A stretch of DNA of 64,000 nucleotides from a virus (Duplodnaviria; Heunggongvirae; Uroviricota; Caudoviricetes): IMG/VR virus record IMGVR_UViG_3300042892_003674; one strand, written 5' to 3'. Each line of letters opens with the position of its first letter. The stretch's first letter is position 1. A model generated the notes under the pieces. The model searched no databases. It was not told the DNA's origin and saw only the letters and a list, made by a program, of their open reading frames with translations. A program made the translations under genes and the position numbers. Shown here in pieces: positions 48,028 through 57,438 of the stretch.

Positions 48028-48270
48028 ATAAACAAAAAGTAATTTATATACCTCTAACTTATCTTCATCATCTAATTGTTCAAAAGGAAAAGGATAATCT
48101 AAATTATCTAAGAATCTATGAAGAATAATATTATTATTCTTCAACTCTATAGTATCAAAAGTCTCAAAACTCAAAGGTAAATCAATAACTATTTCAGAAA
48201 TATCTGAACCTATATCACTAATTAGTTTAGTAACTTTTCTTCTTATAACATTGCTAAATATTTCTTTCAT
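48022..48270 (-). CDS. Hypothetical protein
   Basis: 82 aa ORF after TTTTATATATA. Confidence 0.55.
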   Translation of the reverse strand: MKEIFSNVIRRKVTKLISDIGSDISEIVIDLPLSFETFDTIELKNNNIILHRFLDNLDYPFPFEQLDDEDKLEVYKLLFVYL

Positions 48271-48282
48271 ATACTTATATAT

Positions 48283-48312
48283 AAAAACCCAGTAATATAA
48301 TTACTGGGTTTT
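48283..48312 (-). terminator. dnaK terminator
   Basis: AAAAACCCAGTAAT-ATA-ATTACTGGGTTTTT. Confidence 0.8.
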
Positions 48313-48329
48313 TAAATAGTTAGAAACTA

Positions 48330-50219
48330 TTACTTGGTTTCTTGATCAGAAACTTCCTCAAAGCTTACATCTTCAACACTTTCCGAACCTTCATTAGTTT
48401 GTTCAGGCTCATTTTGAGATTGTTCGTACAATTTAGTACTGATTGCATGCCAAGAATCACTTAGTTTTTTAGAACTTTCGTCGATTGCTTCAACATTTTT
48501 ATCAGCATAAGCCTTTTTCAATTCATCTAGGTCTATACCTAAAGCTCTCTTGTCTTCCTCTGTTAGTTTTTCATCAAACTCTTTCATTTGTTTTTCTGTT
48601 TGGAAGATTAGGTTATCTGCACCGTTAAGTTTATCAACTTTTTCTCTTTCAATTCTATCAGATTCTGCATTAGCTTCAGCTTCTGCTTTCATATTCTCAA
48701 TTTCTTCTTTTGTTAATTGAGAACCACCTTCAATTCGGATTTTGTTTTCTTTACCACTTGCTTTATCTTTCGCTGTTACAGAAAGTATGCCGTTGGCATC
48801 GATATCCAAAATTACCTCTACTTGTGGAATACCTCTTGGTGCGGGTGGAATACCATCTAAATGGAATCTACCTAAAGAACGATTGTCTTTTGCCATAGGT
48901 CTTTCACCTTGAAGACAGTGGATCTCTACAGAAGATTGATTATCTGCTGCAGTAGAGAATGTTTCACTTTTTCTTGTAGGAATAGTAGTGTTTGCATCAA
49001 TCAATTTAGTAAACACACCACCCATTGTTTCAATACCAAGTGAAAGAGGGGTTACATCTAATAGTAATACGTCAGTAATACCACCAGTCAACACTGCACC
49101 TTGAATAGCCGCTCCTAATGCAACAACTTCATCTGGATTTACAGATTTGTTTGCTTTCTTACCAATGAATGATTCGATAGCTTCTTGAATAGATGGGATT
49201 CTTGTAGAACCACCAACCAAGATAACTTCATCGATATCAGCTGGTTTTAATTTAGCACTTTTAAGAGCAGATTTAGCACAATCAATTGCTCTTTTAACTA
49301 ATGAACTAGTCATTTGGTCAAATTTTGCTTTAGTTAATTGCTTTACAAAGTGCAAAGGTTGATTGTCTCTTGATGTGATGTAAGGTAGATTAATATCAGT
49401 TGTTGTAGAAGAAGATAATTCAATCTTAGCTTTTTCTGCAGCTTCTTTTAATCTTTGTAATGCCATAGCATCTTTTGATAAATCCACATCATTTTCAGAT
49501 TTGAATTCTTGAACCATCCAAGTGATGATTTCGTTATCAAAGTCGTCACCACCTAGGTGAGTATCACCATCAGTAGATTTTACTTCAAAAACACCGTCTC
49601 CAATTTCTAATACAGATACGTCATGAGTTCCCCCACCACAATCAAATACTAAAATCTTGGATTCCGTATTTTTCTTATCTAAACCATATGCTAAAGCTGC
49701 AGCAGTTGGTTCGTTGATAATTCTTTCAACTTTCAAACCAGCGATTTCACCAGCTTCGATTGTTGCGGTTCTTTCTGCATCACCAAAGTAAGCAGGAACA
49801 GTGATAACTGCTCTCGTGATTTCACATCCTAAATAATCTTCAGCAGTTTTTTTCATTTTTTGTAAAATCATTGCAGAGATTTCTTGTGGAGTATATACTC
49901 TGTCTCCAATTCTAACACCAGGTACATTAGAGCCAGTTTTTTCTACTTTATAAGGAGTTCTTTTAATTTCATCTGAACAAGATGAGAAGTCTTTCCCTAT
50001 AAATCTTTTGATTGAGTAAACAGTTTGTTCTGGGTTAGTAACTGCTTGTCTTTTTGCAGGATCGCCCACTTTTCTATCGTCTTTAGTGAATCCTACAATA
50101 GAAGGTGTTGTTCTTTTACCTTCCGAGTTTGAAATAACGATTGGTTCACCACCTTCAACAACTGCTACACAGCTATTAGTGGTTCCAAGATCGATTCCGA
50201 TGATTACATCTTTTGCCAT
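48330..50219 (-). CDS. dnaK: Chaperone DnaK (Hsp70)
   Basis: [42 protein letters not shown]. Confidence 0.97.
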   Translation of the reverse strand: MAKDVIIGIDLGTTNSCVAVVEGGEPIVISNSEGKRTTPSIVGFTKDDRKVGDPAKRQAVTNPEQTVYSIKRFIGKDFSSCSDEIKRTPYKVEKTGSNVPGVRIGDRVYTPQEISAMILQKMKKTAEDYLGCEITRAVITVPAYFGDAERTATIEAGEIAGLKVERIINEPTAAALAYGLDKKNTESKILVFDCGGGTHDVSVLEIGDGVFEVKSTDGDTHLGGDDFDNEIITWMVQEFKSENDVDLSKDAMALQRLKEAAEKAKIELSSSTTTDINLPYITSRDNQPLHFVKQLTKAKFDQMTSSLVKRAIDCAKSALKSAKLKPADIDEVILVGGSTRIPSIQEAIESFIGKKANKSVNPDEVVALGAAIQGAVLTGGITDVLLLDVTPLSLGIETMGGVFTKLIDANTTIPTRKSETFSTAADNQSSVEIHCLQGERPMAKDNRSLGRFHLDGIPPAPRGIPQVEVILDIDANGILSVTAKDKASGKENKIRIEGGSQLTKEEIENMKAEAEANAESDRIEREKVDKLNGADNLIFQTEKQMKEFDEKLTEEDKRALGIDLDELKKAYADKNVEAIDESSKKLSDSWHAISTKLYEQSQNEPEQTNEGSESVEDVSFEEVSDQETK

Positions 50220-50254
50220 AATTTAATTAATTTATTTTTTTGTAATTAGTAATA

Positions 50255-50319
50255 TTCAATTTCTGTGCCAAAGTTATTTTACTGACATTTATACATAATA
50301 TTATGACATTATGTCATAA
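50255..50319 (-). promoter_or_regulatory. Sigma54-like promoter (TTGGCACAGAAATTGAA) plus upstream palindrome TTATGACA-TTA-TGTCATAA
   Basis: -24/-12 spacing matches TGGCAC-N5-TTG; palindrome at 50301-50319; half-site at 50282-50289. Confidence 0.6.
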
Positions 50320-50386
50320 ATAATCTTTACACTAAATATATATTGTAAAATTTAAAAAAGTTTAACAAAATTTAATATATACTTTT

Positions 50387-50812
50387 ATGTTAAGTAAAAT
50401 AAACTCATATTCACAATTTATAAATGAAAGTTTGGTAGTGCCAAGACAACCTATTGATCAAATGGTAGATACCTTTATTCCTGAAGTATTTGATAAGTTT
50501 GATATAGATTATTGCAAACCAGAAGATGAAGAAAAAATGCAATTTGCTCAAGAAACGTATTGGACTTTTATATTTGAGGATAGAGACGGTAAAGGTGGTT
50601 TATTAGAAAACCCATATGAACAATTTCTTGAAATATGTTGGTTAGATAGTGAGTTATATACAAATGTAATGAATGAACTGTTAGCAGTAAAGAGTATGGT
50701 TGAGAGAAGAACTGGATATAGTTATAAGTTAAAACATAGTACCAGTTGGGGTTATGGGTTTATAACTATAGAAACTAGAGATATATACGGTAATTTTTTA
50801 AGACCGGAATAA
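50387..50812 (+). CDS. Hypothetical protein with ...YSQFINES N-terminal motif
   Basis: Preceded by TTAATATATA. Confidence 0.65.
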   Translation: MLSKINSYSQFINESLVVPRQPIDQMVDTFIPEVFDKFDIDYCKPEDEEKMQFAQETYWTFIFEDRDGKGGLLENPYEQFLEICWLDSELYTNVMNELLAVKSMVERRTGYSYKLKHSTSWGYGFITIETRDIYGNFLRPE

Positions 50813-50836
50813 AAAACCCACCAATCGGTGGGTTTT
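50811..50836. terminator. Bidirectional terminator
   Basis: AAAACCCACC-AATC-GGTGGGTTTT. Confidence 0.8.
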
Positions 50837-52094
50837 AGTCTTCTACATCTTCTTCAACGTCAATGAAGAATAAAGTTGGATCAATTTTAGATAACCACTC
50901 TCTTGCTATTAACAATTTGTTAGTATCTCTTGATAACCAAGCTTTAGCCATTTCAAATGGTTCAGAAGTTTTGATCATATTTTCATATCTTTCATATTCT
51001 TCAAAGATTTCTAAGATTTCTTCTCTTGATAGTAATGACATTTCATCTACAGTCGCCATTTTCATTACAAACGAGAAGTTCTCTTCTTTACCTCTATAGT
51101 TGATTGCATAATCTTTTCTTGAACCTACAGTTAAGTAGAAATCATATGATCTTTTTATTTCTTCAACTTTTTTAGATAAAGCTCTTTTAACTATTAAGAT
51201 AATTTTTTCAATTCTAGCGTGAGCTTCTACTTCATCTTCTGGGATTTGTGCAACAACATCGTCAATTTCATCAGTTAAGATATAGTTGATTATGATGTTC
51301 TCTCTGTAAATATCCTCAGTCAATATACCGTGTCTTTTGAAGTACCAATCAGTTTTGATTTTCATCAATAAACCATTAGTAAATTCAATTATCCATCCTT
51401 CTTTATCTTCTGTATAAGAAGCCATTTCAACCAATTCGTCTAAAGTATAACCTGACTCAGAAGGAGTCACTCTAACGTCACCGATTACGTCTAAATAGTC
51501 ATTTAAGTCTAATAGTTCACCGGTAACATTATCTCTCAATCTTAATAAAATTAAGTCTTCTTTAGCATATCTTAAAACAATTTTGTTTGATGGTGCAACA
51601 TACTCAAAGATTGCAGTTATATCGTTATCAAAAGTCCAATCAACAAATCTTTTTACAGATGTGTTTGATTTGTAAACTCTCATGATACCTTCTGCTTGAT
51701 CAGTGATAACTGACATTTTTGATTTACCAAAAACTGAACCGTCTGGTAATTTGATAAATGATGCTACAGATCCATCTTCTTTGTTGTAGATAGATTTGAT
51801 TTTAAAGTCTTTAACTTCTGAATACATAGTATCTGGTACTTGGTTCAAGTTGAAGAATTTCTCTAATAGTAAGTATCTTTTAAACAAAGATCCATCAGAG
51901 TTGAACACATAAGTGATCCCTCTCATTTCTTTTGCACCTGTGTCATTGAAGTCTGCCCAAGAAGCTAATCTATAGTTGAAAGTAGATACAGCATACCCAC
52001 CAACAATAGATTTTGATTCGTAAAATGGAGAGTCCACTTTATTAACCAAAGCTAATGCTTCATCGTAAGTTGGTATGTTGTATATTGTTTTCAT
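50835..52094 (-). CDS. RNA ligase 1 (T4 RnlA-like)
   Basis: E.RG, KFFN, motif I KEDGS, FEYV.P.N.IV, EGW, MKIKT.WY..H. Confidence 0.88.
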   Translation of the reverse strand: MKTIYNIPTYDEALALVNKVDSPFYESKSIVGGYAVSTFNYRLASWADFNDTGAKEMRGITYVFNSDGSLFKRYLLLEKFFNLNQVPDTMYSEVKDFKIKSIYNKEDGSVASFIKLPDGSVFGKSKMSVITDQAEGIMRVYKSNTSVKRFVDWTFDNDITAIFEYVAPSNKIVLRYAKEDLILLRLRDNVTGELLDLNDYLDVIGDVRVTPSESGYTLDELVEMASYTEDKEGWIIEFTNGLLMKIKTDWYFKRHGILTEDIYRENIIINYILTDEIDDVVAQIPEDEVEAHARIEKIILIVKRALSKKVEEIKRSYDFYLTVGSRKDYAINYRGKEENFSFVMKMATVDEMSLLSREEILEIFEEYERYENMIKTSEPFEMAKAWLSRDTNKLLIAREWLSKIDPTLFFIDVEEDVED

Positions 52095-52095
52095 T

Positions 52096-52308
52096 TTATT
52101 TAAGTTTTGCTTTTACTTCTTCGTATCTTCGTTTAATTTCTAATAGTAATTCATCCCACTCCATCTTGACAACTTCTAATCCATCCCAAGAAAATTTCTC
52201 GTCATGAATCATATTAAGTGCTTCTCTTATCTTAGTGTGATTATTAGATGTTAGACCATCACTAAGAAGGTTTATTGCGGATACTGCGATGTTATAGTTG
52301 TTATTCAT
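52096..52308 (-). CDS. Hypothetical protein
   Basis: 70 aa ORF in operon. Confidence 0.6.
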   Translation of the reverse strand: MNNNYNIAVSAINLLSDGLTSNNHTKIREALNMIHDEKFSWDGLEVVKMEWDELLLEIKRRYEEVKAKLK

Positions 52309-52312
52309 ATTT

Positions 52313-52504
52313 TTAGTCTTTTAATAAGTTTTCTGCAACAGAGTATTGTTTATCACTTAAAACTTTTACTTGTCTTCCTTTAAAATCTTCTTTGTTTAGT
52401 TTTGTATTTGTTTTTAATTGCTTCTGTAATGATAGTAAAAATGAATTAGTACCATCGTAAGATTTAATCTTCTTATTTAATTCTACTTTTTCGTTTATTT
52501 CCAT
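52313..52504 (-). CDS. Hypothetical protein
   Basis: 63 aa; TATCTTTG promoter at 52524-52531. Confidence 0.6.
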   Translation of the reverse strand: MEINEKVELNKKIKSYDGTNSFLLSLQKQLKTNTKLNKEDFKGRQVKVLSDKQYSVAENLLKD

Positions 52505-52583
52505 GTTTTAAATTATATTTTGACAAAGATAAGAAAAACTTCTTACTAAATACATATATAATAATAAAATTACTAAAAATAAT

Positions 52584-53081
52584 ATGAAAATAACAATACG
52601 CCCTGAAGAGATCGTGAAAAGATGTCTGTGGGACACTTATGTTTATTATGTGTTACAGTGCACTGAGAAAGAAGCAGAACGAATACTTAAAGAAAATGAA
52701 GAAATAGAAGTATCTGAAAGAGATGCTTTAGTTATGGGTTTACTTAAAATAATTGAAACTATAAATTTAATTCACAAGTTTAATACTTATGTTACTGAGT
52801 TTTTAACTAATAAGTCTATTGGTAATCCTAAGAAAGATGGTACATTATTGATTAGAAAGAAAAACTTTGACTATGCAGTTGATAAGTTTTTAGATAAATT
52901 TCCTGATTATTGGGAACCTAGTGCGGGATGGGTAAATTCACTAAAAGAACTTGTTGAATACATAGATGAAATGAAAATAAGTTTAGAAAAACTTGAAGTG
53001 ATTGAACTTGAAGACAAAAATGTTATATATGAGTTTTATAACTCAAGTGCTGTAAAAAAACTATTAAAATTTAATTATTAA
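52584..53081 (+). CDS. Hypothetical protein
   Basis: 165 aa ORF. Confidence 0.65.
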   Translation: MKITIRPEEIVKRCLWDTYVYYVLQCTEKEAERILKENEEIEVSERDALVMGLLKIIETINLIHKFNTYVTEFLTNKSIGNPKKDGTLLIRKKNFDYAVDKFLDKFPDYWEPSAGWVNSLKELVEYIDEMKISLEKLEVIELEDKNVIYEFYNSSAVKKLLKFNY

Positions 53082-53087
53082 TAAATC

Positions 53088-53540
53088 ATGGAAAAAGAAG
53101 AACAAAAAGAAATTTTAGAAGAAACTGTTGTTGAAGTAACAGTAGAGCAAAAACTACAAGAGTCCGAGGACAAATACTTACGTCTTTATGCAGATTTTGA
53201 AAACTATAAAAGAAGAGTTCAGAAGGATAAAGAAGAATTAGTATTAAACACAAAAACAAAAATGTTATCATCTGTTATTGATATGGATAATGACGTTACA
53301 TTAGCATTGAAATCAATGGATAAAGTTGATAAAGGAGTTTTACTAATTGCACAAAAATTAGAAACTTTCTTAAAGTCACAAGGTATTGAACCAATTCAAA
53401 CCGAAACCTATGACGATGAGTTACACGAGGTTATTAGTGTAACTGAATCAGGTGCCAAAAAAGTAATAGACGTAGTATCTAAAGGTTATACATTGAATGG
53501 TAAACCTTTCAGATATCCAAAAGTTGTTTTAGGAAAATAG
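53088..53540 (+). CDS. grpE: Nucleotide exchange factor GrpE
   Basis: YLRLYADFENYKRR, D..LHE.I, V..KGY.LNG...R..KVV. Confidence 0.9.
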   Translation: MEKEEQKEILEETVVEVTVEQKLQESEDKYLRLYADFENYKRRVQKDKEELVLNTKTKMLSSVIDMDNDVTLALKSMDKVDKGVLLIAQKLETFLKSQGIEPIQTETYDDELHEVISVTESGAKKVIDVVSKGYTLNGKPFRYPKVVLGK

Positions 53541-54061
53541 TGAATACTAAACCTTCCATATTAGAGATAAATCAAAACCCATCGTATAGAGAGATAATTC
53601 TTGATACGTTGTGTCAAGGTATTAAAAATACATCTGAGTTTAGAGATTTATTAGAATATGTAATTGATAATAAACTTTACTTATTTGAAGGTTTTGAGTT
53701 CAAAGGAACTTTATATGATGGTGATGATGATCTATTAGATCTGATTCTACCATCAATTAGAAGAGTGTGGGGTAAAGTTTATATTACACCACCTTCTATG
53801 TTAAGGGAAAAAAGATTACAATTATTTGAATTATTATTTGATATAGATGAATTTTTAGATTATTTGGTTTTAATACTACCAAAGTCTTCAAATAAGTTAG
53901 AAATATTTAATAATTTAGATAGAACACAAGAAACATTACAACTTATAGTTGATAATTATATTGCAGGTTTATTTCATCGAGCTTATAATTCAGAAACAAT
54001 TGATGAAGATATGAAAGTTGCAACAAGAGATAAAAATTTAAAGAAACTAATAAATGATTAA
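53540..54061 (+). CDS. Hypothetical protein (capsid N-terminus-like segment) with C-terminal tag (RDKNLKKLI)
   Basis: GTG start; ILPSIRRVWGKV. Confidence 0.6.
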   Translation: MNTKPSILEINQNPSYREIILDTLCQGIKNTSEFRDLLEYVIDNKLYLFEGFEFKGTLYDGDDDLLDLILPSIRRVWGKVYITPPSMLREKRLQLFELLFDIDEFLDYLVLILPKSSNKLEIFNNLDRTQETLQLIVDNYIAGLFHRAYNSETIDEDMKVATRDKNLKKLIND

Positions 54062-54368
54062 TTGGTATGTACAAATATCAGAAGAAGCACCAATTGGGTT
54101 TAACTCTGATATTTACTTAGGTAATGTTATAGATACCGCTACTCCATTTATGGATTACTTCTGTAAAAGATTATCAGAAATAGAAAATTGGATGATAGAA
54201 GATGCGGAGAAAATATTTAAAGATATAATTGATGAAATGCCAATTATGTCTTCAATTATAAATAATACTGAATTTATTATAAAGTATAATAGATGGGTAA
54301 GTATTAGACTGACGGATACAACCAAGCAAATATATAGAGATATAAAATTAGAAAAAATACTAACATAA
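54054..54368 (+). CDS. Hypothetical protein with C-terminal tag (RDIKLEKIL)
   Basis: 104 aa ORF. Confidence 0.65.
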   Translation: MINWYVQISEEAPIGFNSDIYLGNVIDTATPFMDYFCKRLSEIENWMIEDAEKIFKDIIDEMPIMSSIINNTEFIIKYNRWVSIRLTDTTKQIYRDIKLEKILT

Positions 54369-54371
54369 ATT

Positions 54372-55439
54372 ATGGCAAAAGATTATTATGACGTACTAGG
54401 TGTTGATAGAAATGCAACAGAAGATGAGATTAAGAAATCTTATCGTAAAATGGCAATGAAATGGCATCCTGATCGAAATCCGGATAACCCAGAAGCAGAA
54501 GTAAAATTTAAAGAAGCTGCAGAAGCTTATGATGTACTTTCTACTCCAGATAAGAAATCAAATTATGATAGATTTGGATCGGCAGATGGTGGAGGTAATC
54601 CATTCGGTGGTAATCCATTCGGTGGCGGTCGAGGTCACGGTTTTAATATGGATGATATTTTCAGTCAATTTGGAGATATATTTGGAGGTGGATTTGGTGG
54701 TCAAAGACAACAACAAAGACAAGCGAAAGGTTCTGATTTAAGAATAAAAGTATCTTTAACTATTGAAGAAATAATCAATGGTGTTACAAAGAAATTAAAA
54801 TATAAAAGAAACGAACCTTGTTCTCCTTGTAATGGTAAAGGTGGTTCTGATGTAAGAACATGTATTCCCTGTAATGGTTCTGGACATAGAACTGTAATAC
54901 AGAATACACCATTTGGGCAAATTAGAAATTCATCTACTTGTCCTGATTGTAATGGTACTGGTAATCAAATAACAAATAAGTGTAATGTTTGTCACGGACA
55001 AGCAACTTTACCAAAAGAACAAACAGTTGATGTTGAAATACCTAAAGGTGTTGGAAACGGAATGCAAATGACAATGGCAGGTTTTGGTAATCATGTTTTG
55101 AATGGTGTTCCTGGTGATTTATATATTGTCTTTGATGAAATTAGAGAAATGTATTTCAGAAGAGAAGGTGGTAATATTATAACAGATGTAGAAATTTCAG
55201 TTATTGATGCGATAATTGGTGCTAATGTAACAGTTAAGTCTCCACATGGTGATGTAATAGTTGCTATTGAACCAGGTACAGAACACGGTAAAATTATAAG
55301 AATAAATGGTAAAGGTATTCCAGATATTCACGAGGGTATGGGAAGTTTAATAATAAATGTTAAAATTAGAATACCAAAGTCTATAAATCTTGAGCAAAAA
55401 GCAATGTTGGAAAAACTAAAAAATGCTGGTAATTTTTAA
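54372..55439 (+). CDS. dnaJ: Chaperone DnaJ
   Basis: J domain HPD, G/F region, four CxxCxGxG repeats. Confidence 0.96.
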   Translation: MAKDYYDVLGVDRNATEDEIKKSYRKMAMKWHPDRNPDNPEAEVKFKEAAEAYDVLSTPDKKSNYDRFGSADGGGNPFGGNPFGGGRGHGFNMDDIFSQFGDIFGGGFGGQRQQQRQAKGSDLRIKVSLTIEEIINGVTKKLKYKRNEPCSPCNGKGGSDVRTCIPCNGSGHRTVIQNTPFGQIRNSSTCPDCNGTGNQITNKCNVCHGQATLPKEQTVDVEIPKGVGNGMQMTMAGFGNHVLNGVPGDLYIVFDEIREMYFRREGGNIITDVEISVIDAIIGANVTVKSPHGDVIVAIEPGTEHGKIIRINGKGIPDIHEGMGSLIINVKIRIPKSINLEQKAMLEKLKNAGNF

Positions 55440-55612
55440 TGTCAAGATTATCATTTGATACCAAACCAAGTAATCCTAATGATGGTGACTTGTATTATGA
55501 TAAAAGTACTCGTATAAATAGTATTTACTCAAAAGGTCAATGGTTTGAGTTAAAAGTAAGTTTATCAAAGAATTTAGAAAGAAAAGAAAAAATAAAAGCC
55601 ATATTAAAATAA
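55439..55612 (+). CDS. 57-aa protein: fibre-like P..P..GD.YYD repeat plus C-terminal tag (not in ORF track)
   Basis: [57 protein letters not shown]; ATG overlaps the dnaJ stop. Confidence 0.7.
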   Translation: MSRLSFDTKPSNPNDGDLYYDKSTRINSIYSKGQWFELKVSLSKNLERKEKIKAILK

Positions 55613-55621
55613 TATGGCTTT
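55594..55621. terminator. Bidirectional terminator
   Basis: AAAGCCATATT-AAAAT-AATATGGCTTT. Confidence 0.7.
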
Positions 55622-55927
55622 CTATATTTCTATTTTTAAATCATTAGGTACTCCTAATTCTTTTAGTATTCTTTTAGAAAGAGGAAAGTAAATACTTCTT
55701 TCATCTTTTTCAGTAGTTCTACTTCTTGTTTGGTATAGATTCCCATTGAGTATATACTCATTTGTGAAGAAATACTTACCTTGAAATCCTAATTCCATAG
55801 TTTCATCAAATGGAACTCGTTGTCTGTAAATTAGAATATTATTTAAGAAGTAAAGACGATAGTTTATTCGTCTACCATTCTTAGATTTTACTCCGTGTTG
55901 ATATTTTGTGGTTATTTTAAATTCCAT
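55622..55927 (-). CDS. Hypothetical protein
   Basis: 101 aa ORF. Confidence 0.6.
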   Translation of the reverse strand: MEFKITTKYQHGVKSKNGRRINYRLYFLNNILIYRQRVPFDETMELGFQGKYFFTNEYILNGNLYQTRSRTTEKDERSIYFPLSKRILKELGVPNDLKIEI

Positions 55928-56094
55928 TAAAATTCTAAATTTCTATGTTTTGGTTTTCTATTATAGTCTTTTTGAGATTTATGTACTTTATGAGTGGCTA
56001 CCCAACCAGCATTAGCTTCGATCTCCATTTCTCTTGAAGCTTTCTTTCTAGATTTGATGATTTGTTCTTTTGTTATTTTTCCGATTGAGTTCAT
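55927..56094 (-). CDS. Small basic protein (HKVHKS.KDYNRK.KH)
   Basis: Start MNSIGK at 56094; TATCTTTG at 56118-56125. Confidence 0.65.
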   Translation of the reverse strand: MNSIGKITKEQIIKSRKKASREMEIEANAGWVATHKVHKSQKDYNRKPKHRNLEF

Positions 56095-56165
56095 AGTTTC
56101 TATCTTTTTTAGTGATACAAAGATAATATAAAAATTTAATATATACAATAAATATTAAAATTTTT

Positions 56166-56945
56166 ATGGCAGATTATATTCCTTATCAAGGTGGTTTAAC
56201 AATAGATGAATTTATAGATTTGGTACAAACTGAAATAAGTGTTTCTTGTGCTTTACCTAAAACTTTACCTGATGCAAATTTACGTCAAATAATAGAAACA
56301 AGAGCACTTCCTTACTTTTATAGATGGTCTCAATATGCTGTACAAAAAATGTATTTTCTTCTTAGAAAGGAAGCATTTACCACTGAGGAATTTACAAGGT
56401 ATAGTTATGTAACTGTTCCTTGTGAAATACAATCAGTTATTTACTTATATGAAGTGAAAGGTGCATCTCTTTTTCAATTAGGTATCAATACACCAAACTT
56501 ATCTGTAAATTTAGGGGTTACTAATCAACCTTACTTATCTTCTTATGTTACAACAATTGGAGAGTTAGGAGTTTATAAAACAATGTTAGATAATATGTCT
56601 GATATGTTGAACCAATTAAATAAATACACACTTAAATATTCATTTAATCAATTAAATCATAGATTACATATTTTAACAAAAGTTGAACATGATGTGATTA
56701 TTGAGGCTTATGCTAATATTCCTCAAGAGAACTTATTCAGAGATGATTTATTTTATAAGTATTGTGTTGGTTGGGCAAAAGTTCAATTAGGAAATATGAT
56801 TGGTATGTATGACTTTACATTACCAGGTGGTGTTAAGATAAATCATGCTAACTTGATTACTCAAGGTCAAGCTGAATATAAAGAAGTTGAAGAAGAAATC
56901 AAAGGACAATCAAATTCTTCTTGGTTTGTAATGGTTAAGAAATAA
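56166..56945 (+). CDS. Neck/head-completion protein (T4 gp13-like)
   Basis: C-terminal Y....AK.QLG.......LPGGVKIN......G..E; late-type promoter upstream. Confidence 0.7.
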   Translation: MADYIPYQGGLTIDEFIDLVQTEISVSCALPKTLPDANLRQIIETRALPYFYRWSQYAVQKMYFLLRKEAFTTEEFTRYSYVTVPCEIQSVIYLYEVKGASLFQLGINTPNLSVNLGVTNQPYLSSYVTTIGELGVYKTMLDNMSDMLNQLNKYTLKYSFNQLNHRLHILTKVEHDVIIEAYANIPQENLFRDDLFYKYCVGWAKVQLGNMIGMYDFTLPGGVKINHANLITQGQAEYKEVEEEIKGQSNSSWFVMVKK

Positions 56946-56946
56946 T

Positions 56947-57438
56947 ATGAAACATTTAAAAAGAATTTTTGAAAGTACAGAAGAATTAGACACTGATTAT
57001 ATCGAGATGTGTTTTGTTGATTTTATCGATCAAGGGTGTGATATTGAAGTTGATATTGATGAAGATGGTAGAAAGTATATTGAACTACTTCCTAATTTAC
57101 CAGGTATAGAGCATTCTATTGAAGATGGGTTTAAAAATACAAATAAAAGAAAGACTCTTGATGATATTTTAAAATGTAGTAAAGAACTTTATGATTTTTA
57201 TGATGAGATAAATACTTGTATAAAAAAAGTAAAAATAAAATATCCAAGTATAGAAGTTGAGTTTAATATAGAGAGAGAAGGATATGATAACAATAACCCC
57301 TTTGATGCTTATGTAAACTTAGTTTTTATGTTACCAAAAAATATTAAAAGAATCCCATTAGAAAAAGGAAAACTAGGTACGGTAAATTTTTCCGAATTAG
57401 GTGATACTTGGGATGTTAGATCAGAAGATGAAGATTAG
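56947..57438 (+). CDS. Paralog-family protein with MKHLKRIFES motif
   Basis: Paralog of 32355..32747. Confidence 0.7.
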   Translation: MKHLKRIFESTEELDTDYIEMCFVDFIDQGCDIEVDIDEDGRKYIELLPNLPGIEHSIEDGFKNTNKRKTLDDILKCSKELYDFYDEINTCIKKVKIKYPSIEVEFNIEREGYDNNNPFDAYVNLVFMLPKNIKRIPLEKGKLGTVNFSELGDTWDVRSEDED

